This document shows positions 24,212 to 38,658 of a DNA stretch of 64,000 bases, in pieces. The notes under the pieces are model-generated. The model saw only the letters and a list, made by a program, of their open reading frames with translations. It did not search any database and was not told the origin of the DNA. Source of the stretch: Tubulanus polymorphus. Taxonomy: Eukaryota > Animalia > Nemertea. Position 1 is the first letter of the stretch; every line of letters begins with the position of its first letter. Location of the stretch: contig NC_134027.1 of assembly GCF_964204645.1 (NCBI RefSeq), positions 7,968,485 to 8,032,484 of the forward strand. The letters run 5' to 3'. The position numbers and the translations under genes were made by a program.

Positions 24212-25483
24212 ATGCCGCATACAGGTAAATATCACAATCTGTGATTAATTAGCAGGTTTTTCATGTTTCATTAATCTGGGTAAATCGAACGCCAATTCGT
24301 TGTATCTTGGTTTCATTTCTTATTTCATGATAATCAAATATTTCTCATCATTCGTACGATTTATTCTATACCGGAAGTCAGGATCGGTCATAATTTCAAA
24401 TCTTTCTAATTCTTCAATCGGGGGGTTAAATGATCATAAAACTTGTACTTATGTAACGATTCGCTTATTTGCAGGCCAGACGGGAGTTAACCAACTGGGC
24501 GGTGTATTCGTCAATGGTCGGCCGCTACCAGACCACATCCGACGACGAATCGTAGAACTAGCTCATCTAGGAGTACGTCCGTGTGACATATCCCGCCAGT
24601 TACTCGTATCGCACGGTTGCGTCAGTAAAATACTAACGCGTTACTACGAAACCGGTTCTATCAAACCTGGATCGATCGGTGGCAGCAAATCAAAACCTAG
24701 GGTGAGTCTTGAATAGAATAAATATGACTAAATATTTCGGACAAATTATGAACCTCATCGCGTATTGATTAGAATTGGTGTCCAAATCGTTGAATGATTC
24801 GTTAAAATTTCAGAATGAATTAATGAATCTATCATTTTTCCCATTTTCTCGTTAAAATCTCAGAATTATTGAATGAAGTTATTTCGCATTTCAAAATGGG
24901 CTTATTTGACGAGGGGATTTTCTCAGCTGATTTGATGGGGATTGATAACTTCAAAAATAAACGGCCCGTTTTGTTTTTCATTTAGACTTCATGCACGACT
25001 GCACGACCAATTCCGGATGTTCCTCAGCCCCACGATCACCAAACAATTGCACAAAACCAGCAACTATCAAGGAAACGACTAGCTGACATTATTCTTCTAG
25101 AAAATACGACACCACCGCCTGAAAAAATATCCAAGTTAGATAACGTCGATCCTACATATAAAAAGGACGATAACACGGAGCAAAAACATGGAGTCGAAAC
25201 CGATCATTCTCCCGATATCACGGGCACCGCTACGCAGGCCGCAAAACTGGTCGATACAAATATTGTTAAAAAGATGCTTTCCGAATCAAAATCACCAGTG
25301 TTACCCACAAGCTTGTGTCTTTACCCGCGAACTACGCTGCCGTATCCGCATCTATTTCCGACTGGGCTCCGACCGTTTTCCATTCCGCAATATCCGTATT
25401 TGACGCCGCTTATGTTAGACTTACACAACCGGTATATGGCTGCCCAGGAGAGGGTAGCTTTGCGGAAAACCTGGAGTCCATAA
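24212..25483 (+). CDS. poxn: Pox neuro-type Pax transcription factor, apparently PAI-subdomain only (245 aa)
   Basis: Exons 24212-24224 (MPHT), 24475-24701 ([76 protein letters not shown]) and 24986-25483 (in phase, open to TAA). The MPHTGQ start and [16 protein letters not shown] are Poxn-diagnostic. AATAAA near 25604. Confidence 0.88.
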
Positions 25484-25674
25484 CTGCACTTACTGTCGCT
25501 GTACTCATAAAAACTTATTTGTCTGGAAAAAAACTGTGTTCATCTGAGCTGGTCGAAAAATGCGGTTTGAATCGAAAGACATATACCGCGGAGTATCCAC
25601 GAGAATAAACACATGGAATTCTTAAAATCGTCTTTATTACTTCTGAAGATTTCTTCTATGCTTTTTTTCGATGA

Positions 25675-27642
25675 TTACTTGCCGAATCTTAATGCATATT
25701 GGTAATAATACATGATGGTTCTATACCACATTGACAATTCTTCTACGGAACTATCCAACCAGAAAGGATGCTGAAATGAATGATTTTCAAAATGTGATCA
25801 TAACATCTATGGATATTTAATTCTTTGCTATATAAGTTTAAAACATTAAGTTATGACCATTACCGTAATATTCATCAATGCTGGCTCATCAGTACAATAC
25901 AAATCTGGCACAGGCGGAATTTTTTCTGCGTCGGTTTCATATCCGTACATTTTCCTGTCAATTTTCATTGTCACTGTAGAAGAAAATACCATTTAGTTTC
26001 ACACGCCTATCCAATGTGAATTGATCATTTGGATATTGCAAAACAATTTTTCAAGTTGGAAGTTATCGAAGAATAAAAAAGTACCCATGTTCCATTTTGA
26101 ATCTACGTAGAATCTTAACGGATGGCAATTTGATCTGTTGTACCAAGCCCATCCTTGGGCCATTTCGGGCATGTTCGGTAACTTCAAGTCAAATTTATCT
26201 TTATCCCTTATCGGCTGTCTATTGGGGGTCGCTGTATCGGCTTAAGAGAGGAAATGTGAGAAAATAGTCAAAATTTTGAAGGGGCTTGATAATTACTGAC
26301 ACACGTCAAAGATTACTAACCTACGTTACAGCGATACGGATGTTGTCGCGGATTCCAATCGTTCGGGTCTTTCTCCCAGGTTGGAATTTCAATGGGTACA
26401 CAGCTTGGAAGTATTCCTGGCATAATCAAAGATGCCTTGCCCTATAACACACAAACATGATTCCCTTTGTTTTTTGGGGGGGAATTTGCAAAAGTGATTT
26501 GAACTTTATATTACCGTCTTGAAGTCATATACAGTACTGGATACGAGGTAACCCCTTTGCGGGTCACTAACATTCACTACCCAAGTTGCGTTCTCAAAGT
26601 CGTGTACTTCACTACAAACAAATTCGAAGAAAAGTCAATTTCGTTACAAAACGGCTGAACAAACAATTGAGTTCGCCCCGGATTGGTCTACAGGGGGTCC
26701 TGCATATTTACTGCAAGATCGTAGGGAGTCGTCACCCGTGTCACGGAGGTTCCGAGAAAATTTGAACCGTGTTGCACAGTTGCCTATTGAGATCTTTTAC
26801 AAGAGACTCAAATAGTTCTGATTTCATAATAACACGTATGTGTATAGTTAAAATTGATACTACATGCTAATTAGTAATTGTTGCCTTGATTCGTTCGTAC
26901 CATATTCGAAAAGTAGATCATAGCTGTCCATAGTTTGGTTCAATTAGAATTCTGAATAGAGGCTTTCATAAATGACTAATTAAGTTGGATTACCAGAAAC
27001 CATAATGTTCCATTCCATTATCTGGGGTGCATTTCTGTGATACGCGCGGATATCATAAATTAAAAATAACTATAGACGAATGTATTTCTCGTCATTACCA
27101 ATGAACGGTGGAAGTGAAGAGGTAAGTTTCTCATAGCGTATGAATTTATTCCTGCCGACTTAATACCTATATAACAAATATCCGTTGCTTGCGCACTTAA
27201 AGCAAATCAATTAAATTAAAAAACCATATTAGTAACATATGAATTAAAAGGGGCTATAAAGAAGCGCAATGGTTCAATAAGAAGATCTTTAATTCCACAG
27301 ATGGGCGTTGTCGTATTTGAATTCATGTAACATTCTCATGGTTGTAGACACATTCAGTGTCTTCTGTACATATTTCATCAGCATTTCATTACCTGAATCG
27401 TGGGGATTTCGACTGATTACAGTAAATTTCAAAATTAATCTTTTCCAAGTATCACGAAGGATATCTATTTACCTGAGCCAGAGCATCCATCGATTCCAAC
27501 CATTACGGTCGTGTATTTCGAACATCATCGACGACTCGCTAGACACGGTCGGCCAATTGTCACAACCGCAATAGGAATATCTGCTGTCCGTCGTCGAAAA
27601 TAACGCCCCAAAAAATACGACCGCGCACAGAGACGCTTTCAT
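25675..27642 (-). CDS. Secreted protein A of an unrecognised family (249 aa; 257 aa if ATG 27666), possibly ependymin/LolA-like fold
   Basis: Exons 27642-27473, 26611-26515, 26441-26321, 26240-26085, 25973-25864, 25770-25675, GT-AG and in phase. Has a signal peptide. Shows exon-by-exon homology and identical intron phases (2,0,1,1,0) with gene B. Confidence 0.82.
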
Positions 27643-28184
27643 CGCGACGAGGAGTAATGCGTGCATCGTATACTCATCAATATTAGATAATGGTCTGAGC
27701 TTCTTCTTTGAACGAATCATTCTAGCACGGGGCGATAACGGAACAAATGCGTTTTTCACAAATTAATTAGTTTTGATATATACTGGGAGATATGATAAGG
27801 TGTCTGTTCTGTGTAGTTATTTGGTGGATACAAATAGAGTTCTACTGAATAAAGTCTGCTAATTTCACATGGAAAAAGTTCAATTTTCATATTATCGTGT
27901 CGTTATCAAAATTTTTTTCACTTTCTTTATTAACGGCATTCTAAAAAAATTCTTAAAAGCGTTATCATTGACTTAAGCAATCGAAATTAAGATATTTAGA
28001 ATCCTTCGATGCGGAATAACCCTGTATTCCTCATTGAAACACTAGTATCCGTCATAGTATCCGTCATCCGTCATACTCCTGGGAGTCTTCCAACTTTAGA
28101 AAAAAACATCGTTCGCAAATCATTGGTGTCCGTTTTCGTTCATACGGCTTATTAAACACATGAAAACAAAACTAGAGCGAGCAT

Positions 28185-30693
<2,509 letters not shown>

Positions 30694-31060
30694 GTTTTGG
30701 ATGGTGGTGTGAAACGTTTCTCAAGCTACAATCGGCCGACTTACAACTGCCTTGTTCACACGATTCATTTTACTTATCAAAACGTACGTTTGACGACATA
30801 ATCACAGCGAACCTTCAACCCTATTCCGTTACCATTATTCAAGATTGCAAAACCTTCTCCTAGAAACCTATATTTTTGGGGAAATATCTTTTAAACTATC
30901 ACTATGTTGTTATTCTCAGGACGTACGCATACATTATCAATTGAAACGAACTTTTTTCTATTTTTTCAAGGTAACACTAAACGTTTTTGTGACTTTGGCG
31001 CAGTGTTTGATTCCGTCCGGTTCGTAATTGGCTGAAACCCATCGTAGTAACTACACGAAA

Positions 31061-32207
31061 ATGGCTGACGGGGGAACCAATCATTGTGAGCTATTTCTTA
31101 TAATTTTGTGTTTGCATATTCATCTTCTTCTATTACGGTACATGAAAAACATTCAAAAGTCGTTTTGTTCTTATTTCAGTTAGAAAAAGAAGTCGACAGA
31201 TAATATGCAGCGTTGCAACCGTTCTTGTAACTGTTGCTCAGTGTATTATTCTAGATATGTTCATCTTTGAATTTAGATATTTTCTTCCGTGTTATTATTT
31301 ATTTTACGTCGCAGACGTTCTTGTTGTTTTACTGCTTATTGCGGCATGCGCGATGTCTTCCGTGTACTTCATAAACGAAACAAAACCCTTCGATAAATAC
31401 GGAAAATGCACCAAATTCCTCGGATACCTACCACTAGCGAGTTTATCCTGGTTGGCATATGCTACTGTGATGATTGCGAAAATTGCAATCGCGTACAAGT
31501 ACTTCGCGAATTTGGCTGAAAACTCCGAATCCGAATTATTCTCTCCGAGAACATTGAAATTCACCATCGCTGTGTCGGCACCTATCCTTCAACTGATGTT
31601 CTTCAGTCATTATAATCCATCGATGTTAAAGGATGACAAAAAATATGAGAATAAAGAAGGAAATGTAAAGATCTTTGCACTTTTTGCTGCGGTAACATTT
31701 GACATTCTAGATAGCGTCGAGTTCATGGAGGTGCTTTTCGTTCAAGAATCTAATACAACTTCAAAATTCAGTTTCAACCTGGAATGCTCGATATTTGCAT
31801 TTCCTCTGATTGGTTTCATTTTGCCTGTTTTGCCGTTACTAATCCTAAGCCATACATACGTATGCATATCGGAAAAAAGTCAACCGAAGCAGCAGAAATT
31901 TGCAATAAATGCAAGATTGGGGCTGCGGTTCGTTCACTTATTGATCTTTATATTGTTGATCAATATCCCGTTTTTTGTGCTAAGGGTATATTTGTGGGGG
32001 AAGATGCATTCGGACCTGTCAGCGTTTGTCATGAAGAACGTGATTCTGATAGTTTTCGGTCTTCGCGAAGTTTATATGGCGATCGTTGAATTGATAAATA
32101 AACAACGTGGCGCTAAAAACCAATCAAATGAGAGTGAATCTGAACTGAAAGAACTTAACGAGCCCAGTAAACAAACTGATGATCCTGAGAGGCACGCAAA
32201 TGTCTAG
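31061..32207 (+). CDS. TMEM121B/CECR6-family multi-pass membrane protein, copy 1
   Basis: Exon 31061-31085 (MADGGTNH) plus 31180-32207. About 7 hydrophobic segments. LP....WL.Y....K, F.P..LK, FDILDS.EF.E.L, N.PF...R..LW and F.MKN motifs match the CECR6/TMEM121 family from recall. Confidence 0.75.
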
Positions 32208-32716
32208 TATGAACAAGGCCTTGAGATCAACAGAACGCTTATTTCCATGTTACCACATGTTATACAGTGGCTTTCATGGATCATTCGTCTTGCTAAAGAC
32301 ATGCATATATTCATAGCCCTTGAAAGGTTCTGCCGATGTTATTACATATTTTCTTCTGCTTTGATTTCAAACGATCAATTTTCACCATAGGATAACAGAA
32401 TTTTGTTTATGCATAATGATAAGTACTCGTTATATATATGTGAATATCCTTACTTTAAGCCGAACTCACTAACTGTGAATCGGCAAGTATTTGTATCCCA
32501 TGATCTTTTTAAATTTTTGTATCTAAGATCAACCGTTCAATATATTAAAACTGTCTGCTTGCGATAGGAATCGGCCTCGTGTTTTTCTTTTTCGTAGTAA
32601 GCCGGAGATAGGCCTATCCGTTTTGGCATGCGCAGGCGAAGAAGCATTCGGCGACTCCCGCATGCAAGTTGTGGAAAACAACTACGCTTGCTAACATTCA
32701 GAATGAATAAATGACA

Positions 32717-33168
32717 TTCAGAATGAATAAATGAATTTATCAGTTTTCCCATTTTCTCGTTAAAACCTCAAAATGAATGTATGAATTTATTTTGCATTTC
32801 GAAATTTTATTATATGATAAAAGGATTTTTCTAAGCTGATTTCATGGCCTCAAAAATAAACCGCTCGTTTTTTTCCATTTAGACTTCATGCACTACTGCA
32901 CGACCAATTCCGGATGTTCCTCAGCCCCTCGATCACCAAACAATTGCGCAAAACCAGCAACTATCAAGAAAACGACTAACTGACATTATTCTACTAGAAA
33001 ATACGACACCACCGCCTGAAAAAATATTAAAGTTAGATAACGTCGATCTAACATATAAAAAGGACGATAACACGGAGCAAAAACATGGAGTCGAAACCGA
33101 TCATTCTCCCGATATTACGGCCAACGCTACGCAGGCCGCAAAACTGGGCGATACAGATACTGTTAAAA
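32717..33168 (+). pseudogene. Orphan duplicate of poxn intron 2 and the 5' part of exon 3
   Basis: Near-identical to 24809-25271, including the acceptor tttag|acttcatgc at 32882/32883. No paired-box exon upstream. Confidence 0.9.
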
Positions 33169-34077
33169 TATGCGTTCCGAATGTGATTTATTTTTCATAG
33201 TGGAATTATTTTCACTCACGTAGATATTTCGAAGGCGATTTATTTTTATATAGCGAAATAATCCATATTCACGCATATACATGTATTTTGAAGGCGATTA
33301 TTTTCATAAGAAAGTTATTTCCTCTTTACGAATTATTATATTTACATTTGGGGAGTTCTTCAATTTTAGAAAAAAACACACTTCGGAAATAATTGGTGCC
33401 CTTTTTTGTTAATAGGGTTTATAAGAAACACGAACAAAAACTATTGAGCAAACATTTGTTTATTTCTTCCTCATGAATATTTCATAATCATTCGGGGACA
33501 GTTGATAATTTCACGATCTGACCCAGCCTATGTGCATTCTGAAACAAAACCAAGACATGACTCATGATTACGACTGATATGATGCTCGAAAAATCTCGTT
33601 CTAGATATGCAAATTAGCAAGTATCTGTACTTGGGGGAAATACCGTAACAGCTTGTTTTCAAATGGTTAAAGATAAATGTTCACTGGTTATTGGTGTCAT
33701 TCTCTGCTCGTCCAGCGATCAGGTAAGTTTAAAAAAAATGAAAATATTGTGAAACCACACGCAATAGCAGTCGTTCATAATACAACAACATAGAATTGAT
33801 ACATTTTCATTTCAAAAAGTAGGTAACCTCTGATTAATCTATCTGATTTACAAAGTTTTTTTCTGTGTCTTTGTTCAGTATAATTTTTCTACTTACCTGA
33901 ACTTCCCATTTCGGTGCGTTTGTACACCATGATGGGGAAACAGCTCTGAACTTATTGACATCAGTGATATGTATACTTTTTCACGGTCTTAATCATTTTC
34001 ATTCCACCCCTACGTGAATAAAAGGAAATAAAGACAAAATACAACAATTGAAGGTTGTTGGTATTATACGTTGGTAT

Positions 34078-34679
34078 AATAAACCATTTTACAGTTGCTA
34101 GCCGCCGTAATATTTAAACCTGATACTCGTACCAACAATTAAAACCATTTTCCGTAGAGACAAGTGTAGTGAAAATGAAGAAATAACTCCCATATACTGA
34201 AATACACGCAAAGAAAACAGCGCCGAATCTCGGAATGACAATACACGCGCTGCAGTTAAAGAGCCATAGGAAAAAAACTAGGCAAGATATCTTAAAATTT
34301 CAAAGTTCACCTAAAAGGGGGCATTTATGCGCACAGTGCTTGAAATGTTTGGATTTTTTAGAAAATTATTTCTGAAAATAACGAACTTCAAATTCAGTAC
34401 CCTGGATTTCTATGCGCACGGCAAAAACTGAGCACCGATTTTTATATCGCTCTCATGTCGCATTGTTGTAAATTTGAGGAATGATTTTAACATAACCGAA
34501 AACTAGAGATTCACGCGGTTTGAATGTTGCTGAAGTTGTCAAAATCCATCCATCGACAGATGAAATATGATACAATACACATCACGGATAGTTTTTAAAA
34601 AAGAGAAAAAAATGACCCAACAATACGGGACAAAAGTACCCTAACAAAATGGCGGCTAGCAACTGTAAAATGGTTTATT
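34078..34679. mobile_element. MITE with 29-bp perfect terminal inverted repeats (PIF/Harbinger-like)
   Basis: aataaaccattttacagttgctagccgcc ... ggcggctagcaactgtaaaatggtttatt; absent from the paralogous block. Confidence 0.85.
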
Positions 34680-34884
34680 CAATTGTACTTTCATATTCGT
34701 TTCTGCTTTTATATATTTATACTAAAAAGTAACGGATCGTCGATTGATCGAATACACTGTAGGGTGAATTTACTTGAGTTTTAGATTCAATTCGTCCCCA
34801 TTGATAAAGTCATGAATTTCCAGATGTAAAGAAGACTCGATCTGCACCAAACCGCCATCGCAACAACTATACCTTGCCTCTAAT

Positions 34885-34916
34885 CATGGACGTATAAACT
34901 AGTTTATACGTCCATG
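34885..34916. mobile_element. 32-bp perfect palindromic mini-insertion
   Basis: catggacgtataaactagtttatacgtccatg flanked by ctctaat/ctctgat; not present at the paralogous site near 30625. Confidence 0.7.
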
Positions 34917-35305
34917 CTCTGATGCAAAGTGCGACTTCCTATTTTGGATGGTGGTGTTAAACGTTTCTCAAGCTACAAGCGGCCGACTTACAACTGCCTT
35001 GTTCACACGATTGATTTCATTCAACAAAACGCACCTTTGACAACATAATGACTGCGAACCTTCAACCCTTTTCCCGATACCATATTTATGATATTACAAA
35101 ACCTTTCTGGAAACTTATATTTTCGGTAAAATGTCCTTTAAACTATCACTATATTGTTATTCTCAGGACGTACGCATACATAATAGATTGATAAATACAA
35201 TTTTTGCTGTATCTTTTCAAGGTGACACTAGAGTTTTTGGGACTTAAGCACAGTGTTTAATTCTGGTTCGGAAGAGGCTAAAACCCATCTAGTAACCTCG
35301 CAAAA

Positions 35306-36675
35306 ATGGCTGACCCCAGAACCGATAATTGTAAGCTATTTCTTATGATTTTGAATATCATGCTTGAAAATTCATCTTCTTCTATTACGGTACGTGAAAC
35401 AAAAGTTATTTTGTTCTCATTTCAGCTGGAGAAGGATATCTGAAGATTCGACAGATAATATCCAGCGTTGCAACCGTTCTTGTAACTGTTGCTCAGTGTA
35501 TTATTCTAGATATGTTCATCTTTGAATTTAGACATTTTCTTCCGTGTTACTATTTATTTTATGTCACAGACGTTCTTGTTGTTTTACTGCTTATTACGGC
35601 ATGTGGGATGTCTTCCGTGTACTTCATAAACAAAACAAAACCCTTCGATAAATACGGAAAATGCACCGAATTTCTCGGATACCTACCACTAGCGAGTTTA
35701 TCCTGGTTGGCATATGCTACTGTGATGATTGCGAAAATTGCAACCGCGTACAAGTACTTCGCGAATTTGCTTGAACACTCCGAATCCGAATTATTCTCTC
35801 CGAGAACATTGAAATTCACCATCGCTGTGTCGGCACCTATCCTTCAACTGATGTTCTTCTGCCATTATAATCCATCGATGTTAAAGGATGGCAAAAAACA
35901 TGAGAATAAAGAAGGAAATGCAGACATAGGACATGGGAATGAAGAAGGCAATGCAGACACAGTACATGGGAATGAAGAAGGCAATGCAGACACAGTACAT
36001 GGGAATGGAGAAGGAAATGCAGACACACTACATGGGAATGGAGAAGGAAATGCAGACACAGAATATGAGAATGGGGAAGGAAATGCAGACCCAGAACATG
36101 GGAATGAAGAAGAAACTGAAAAGATGTTAAAGGGTAGCAAAATTGATGAGAATAAGGAAGGATCAAACGTAATGATCTTTGCACTTTTTGCTGCGGTAAT
36201 GTTTGACATACTAGATAGCGTTGAGTTCATGGAGGTCCTTTTCGTTCAAGAATCAAATATCACTTCAAAAATGAATTTCAACCTGGAACGTTCGATTCTT
36301 GCATTCCCTCTGATTGGTTTCATTTTGCCCTTTTTTCCGTTACTAATCCTAAGCTGTACATATACACACGCATCGGAAAAGAAACAGCTGATAATGCGGC
36401 TTGTTCATTCATTGATTTCTATATTGTTGATCAATATCCCGTTTTTCGTAATAAGGTTATATTTGTGGGGGGAAAGGCATTCTGATCTGTCATCGTTTGT
36501 AATGAAAAACGGGATTCTGATTTTTTTAAGTATTTTTGAAGTTAAAAGGACTGTTAAGTTGTTGATAGATAAGCCAAGTGCCGCCCCAACGCAACGTGTG
36601 AGTAGTGACGCGGTTCAGTACACAGCTAAAAATCAGACTGTTAACTTGCCCGAACGAAGTGCCGCCACTACATAA
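35306..36675 (+). CDS. TMEM121B/CECR6-family membrane protein, copy 2, with an 11-aa acidic repeat insertion
   Basis: Exon 35306-35330 (MADPRTDN) plus 35426-36675. Highly similar to copy 1, with the reading frame intact across the repeat. Confidence 0.75.
35899..36112 (+). repeat. 33-bp coding tandem repeat (~6.5 units, HGNEEGNADTV)
   Basis: catgggaatgaagaaggcaatgcagacacagta-type units start at 35899, 35932, 35965, 35998, 36031, 36064 and 36097. Confidence 0.95.
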
Positions 36676-37014
36676 CCACCTGCGGGTGGGTCTGCAGACG
36701 ATCCTGGGCAGGGTTTGGAATGAACCAGTCTTGTATGAACAAAGCCTACGCTATTTTCCATTTTGATACCATACTTGAAAGCTGTGCTCACTGACTGTGA
36801 ATCAGCAATTTTTTGTGGCCATGGTTTTAAAATTGTATCTAGTATCAACTATTTAATACTAATAAATCTGGCGGCTTGCGATAAGAATCAGCGTCCGTTT
36901 TTTTTCTGTCTGTAATCAGCTTCAAGACATGTTCGGCATGTCTTGCCGCCGAGTCCAGTAGAAAAACAAGACCGTTGGGTTGAGGCGATTCCGGGCGCTT
37001 TACCAATATTTCAA

Positions 37015-37449
37015 TCAGTGTATTATTCTAGATATGTTCATCTTTGAATTTGAAACAGTTTATTCCGTGGCATGCGCGATGTCTTCCGTGTACTTCATAA
37101 ACAAAACAAAACCCTTCGATAAATACGGAAAATGCACCAAATTTCTCGGATACCTACCACTAGCGAGTTTATCCTGGTTGGCATATGCTACTGTGATGAT
37201 TGCGAAAATTGCAATCGCGTACAAGTACTTCGCGAATTTGGCTGAAAACTCCGAATCCAAGTTATTCTCTCCGAGAACATCGAAATTCGCCATCGCTATG
37301 TCGGCACCTATCCTTCAATTGATGTTCTTCAGTCATTATAATCCATCGATGTTAAAGGATGACAAAAAACATGATAATAAAGAAGGAAATGTAAAGATCT
37401 TTGCACTTTTTGCTGCGGTAACATTTGACATTCTAGATAGCGTCGAGTT
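37015..37449 (+). pseudogene. Truncated third copy of the TMEM121B-like gene
   Basis: Near-identical to copy 1 but lacks exon 1, has an internal deletion after MFIFEF and breaks off at DSVE. The copy-1 3' end and UTR resume at ~37715-38170. Confidence 0.85.
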
Positions 37450-38658
37450 GAAAATTTCAGTAAATTGAAAATGAAATGTGGCACCAACAACCAATCAGAT
37501 AATAAGATTTTGGGGTGCCTGATATTACAAGCTCTGCTTTCCTCTGGTTGCCCTGCTGTTATTTTACATCAGTTTATATATATATTGTATGAATCAAATT
37601 AATTATCTATTGTAATTTTGTCTGGTATTTATTTATTGATGTAAATTATTCAAGAAATAAATAAATAAATAATGGATCCGCCGAAGAAATGCAAAATCTG
37701 AATACCTGATTAAGCCCACAAACTGACGATTCCGAGAGGCGCGATAAAAATGTCTAGTATGAACCAGACCTTTTAAATCAACTGCGCCTTTTCGATGTTA
37801 CCACGTGTAACTATGCGGCTTTCATGGTTAATTTGTTTGCTAAGACATTCTTTCATCTTGATAGGTTAAGTCGATTTTATTCCATCCACCTGCTTGATTG
37901 AAAACAAGTAATTTTTACCATAGGATAACAAAATTGTGTTTATGATATTAATATTAGCCTAAAAATGAAAATGATATAATAAAAATACTCATTATATACC
38001 CCGGTATGTGTTGATTGTCCTTACTTTATAAAACTATGTTCACTAACTGTAAATCGGCAAGCATTATCAGCCATGGCCATGATCTATAATTCTTTTATTA
38101 TCTAAGTTCTACCATTCGATATAATAAAATAGCCTGCTTGTGCGATGAACTCGTCTTGTTTTTTTTTTCTCTTATTAAGCTGTAGCAATCCGCTTGGCGT
38201 GCGAAGGCCATTACGAATCTAGGACTCAGTCGTCTTGCATTTTCGCTAGCCTCACAGGGACTTGTCACAATTGATAGTCACCAATATCCAGTAACCAATA
38301 TCAATGACCAATATCAAAATTTATGTTTTTATTACACAGGGTTATCGGAGATAGTGTCGATTTGGTTCGAGTGACAATTAACATAGTCCCTATGCACAGG
38401 GCTCAATGTAGTGTGTAGGGCGTTTTATAAATTTTTCTATCTACAATTCGAATATATAATACAGAAAGGAAATTCCATGAATGGATCAATATATATCCTA
38501 TTTCGTTTACTTTTGGATACTTCAATTTTCCGACCCGTGAATTGTGGCACTAAGTATCGTACGACTTGGATCGATCCTGTTCCATGTTTTATTGTAAACT
38601 TTTTATTCATTGATCCGGTCCATGTGTCCGGTCCGTAGTATATACAACGACCTGGAAT

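Larger units (their letters stand above)
33455..34940 (-). pseudogene. Degenerate third copy of secreted gene B
   Basis: Copies of exon 6 (frameshifted), exon 5 (33897-34010) and exon 1 (34773-34940; ATG mutated to AGG, signal peptide partly deleted, palindrome inserted). Exons 2-4 are absent and a MITE sits in their place. Confidence 0.8.

Noticed and set aside
27290-27412. Alternative short second exon for secreted gene A (SRNPHDSGNEM...)
   Set aside because: Exon 26611-26515 is the clear homolog of gene B exon 2 and preserves phase; this one leads to an early stop.
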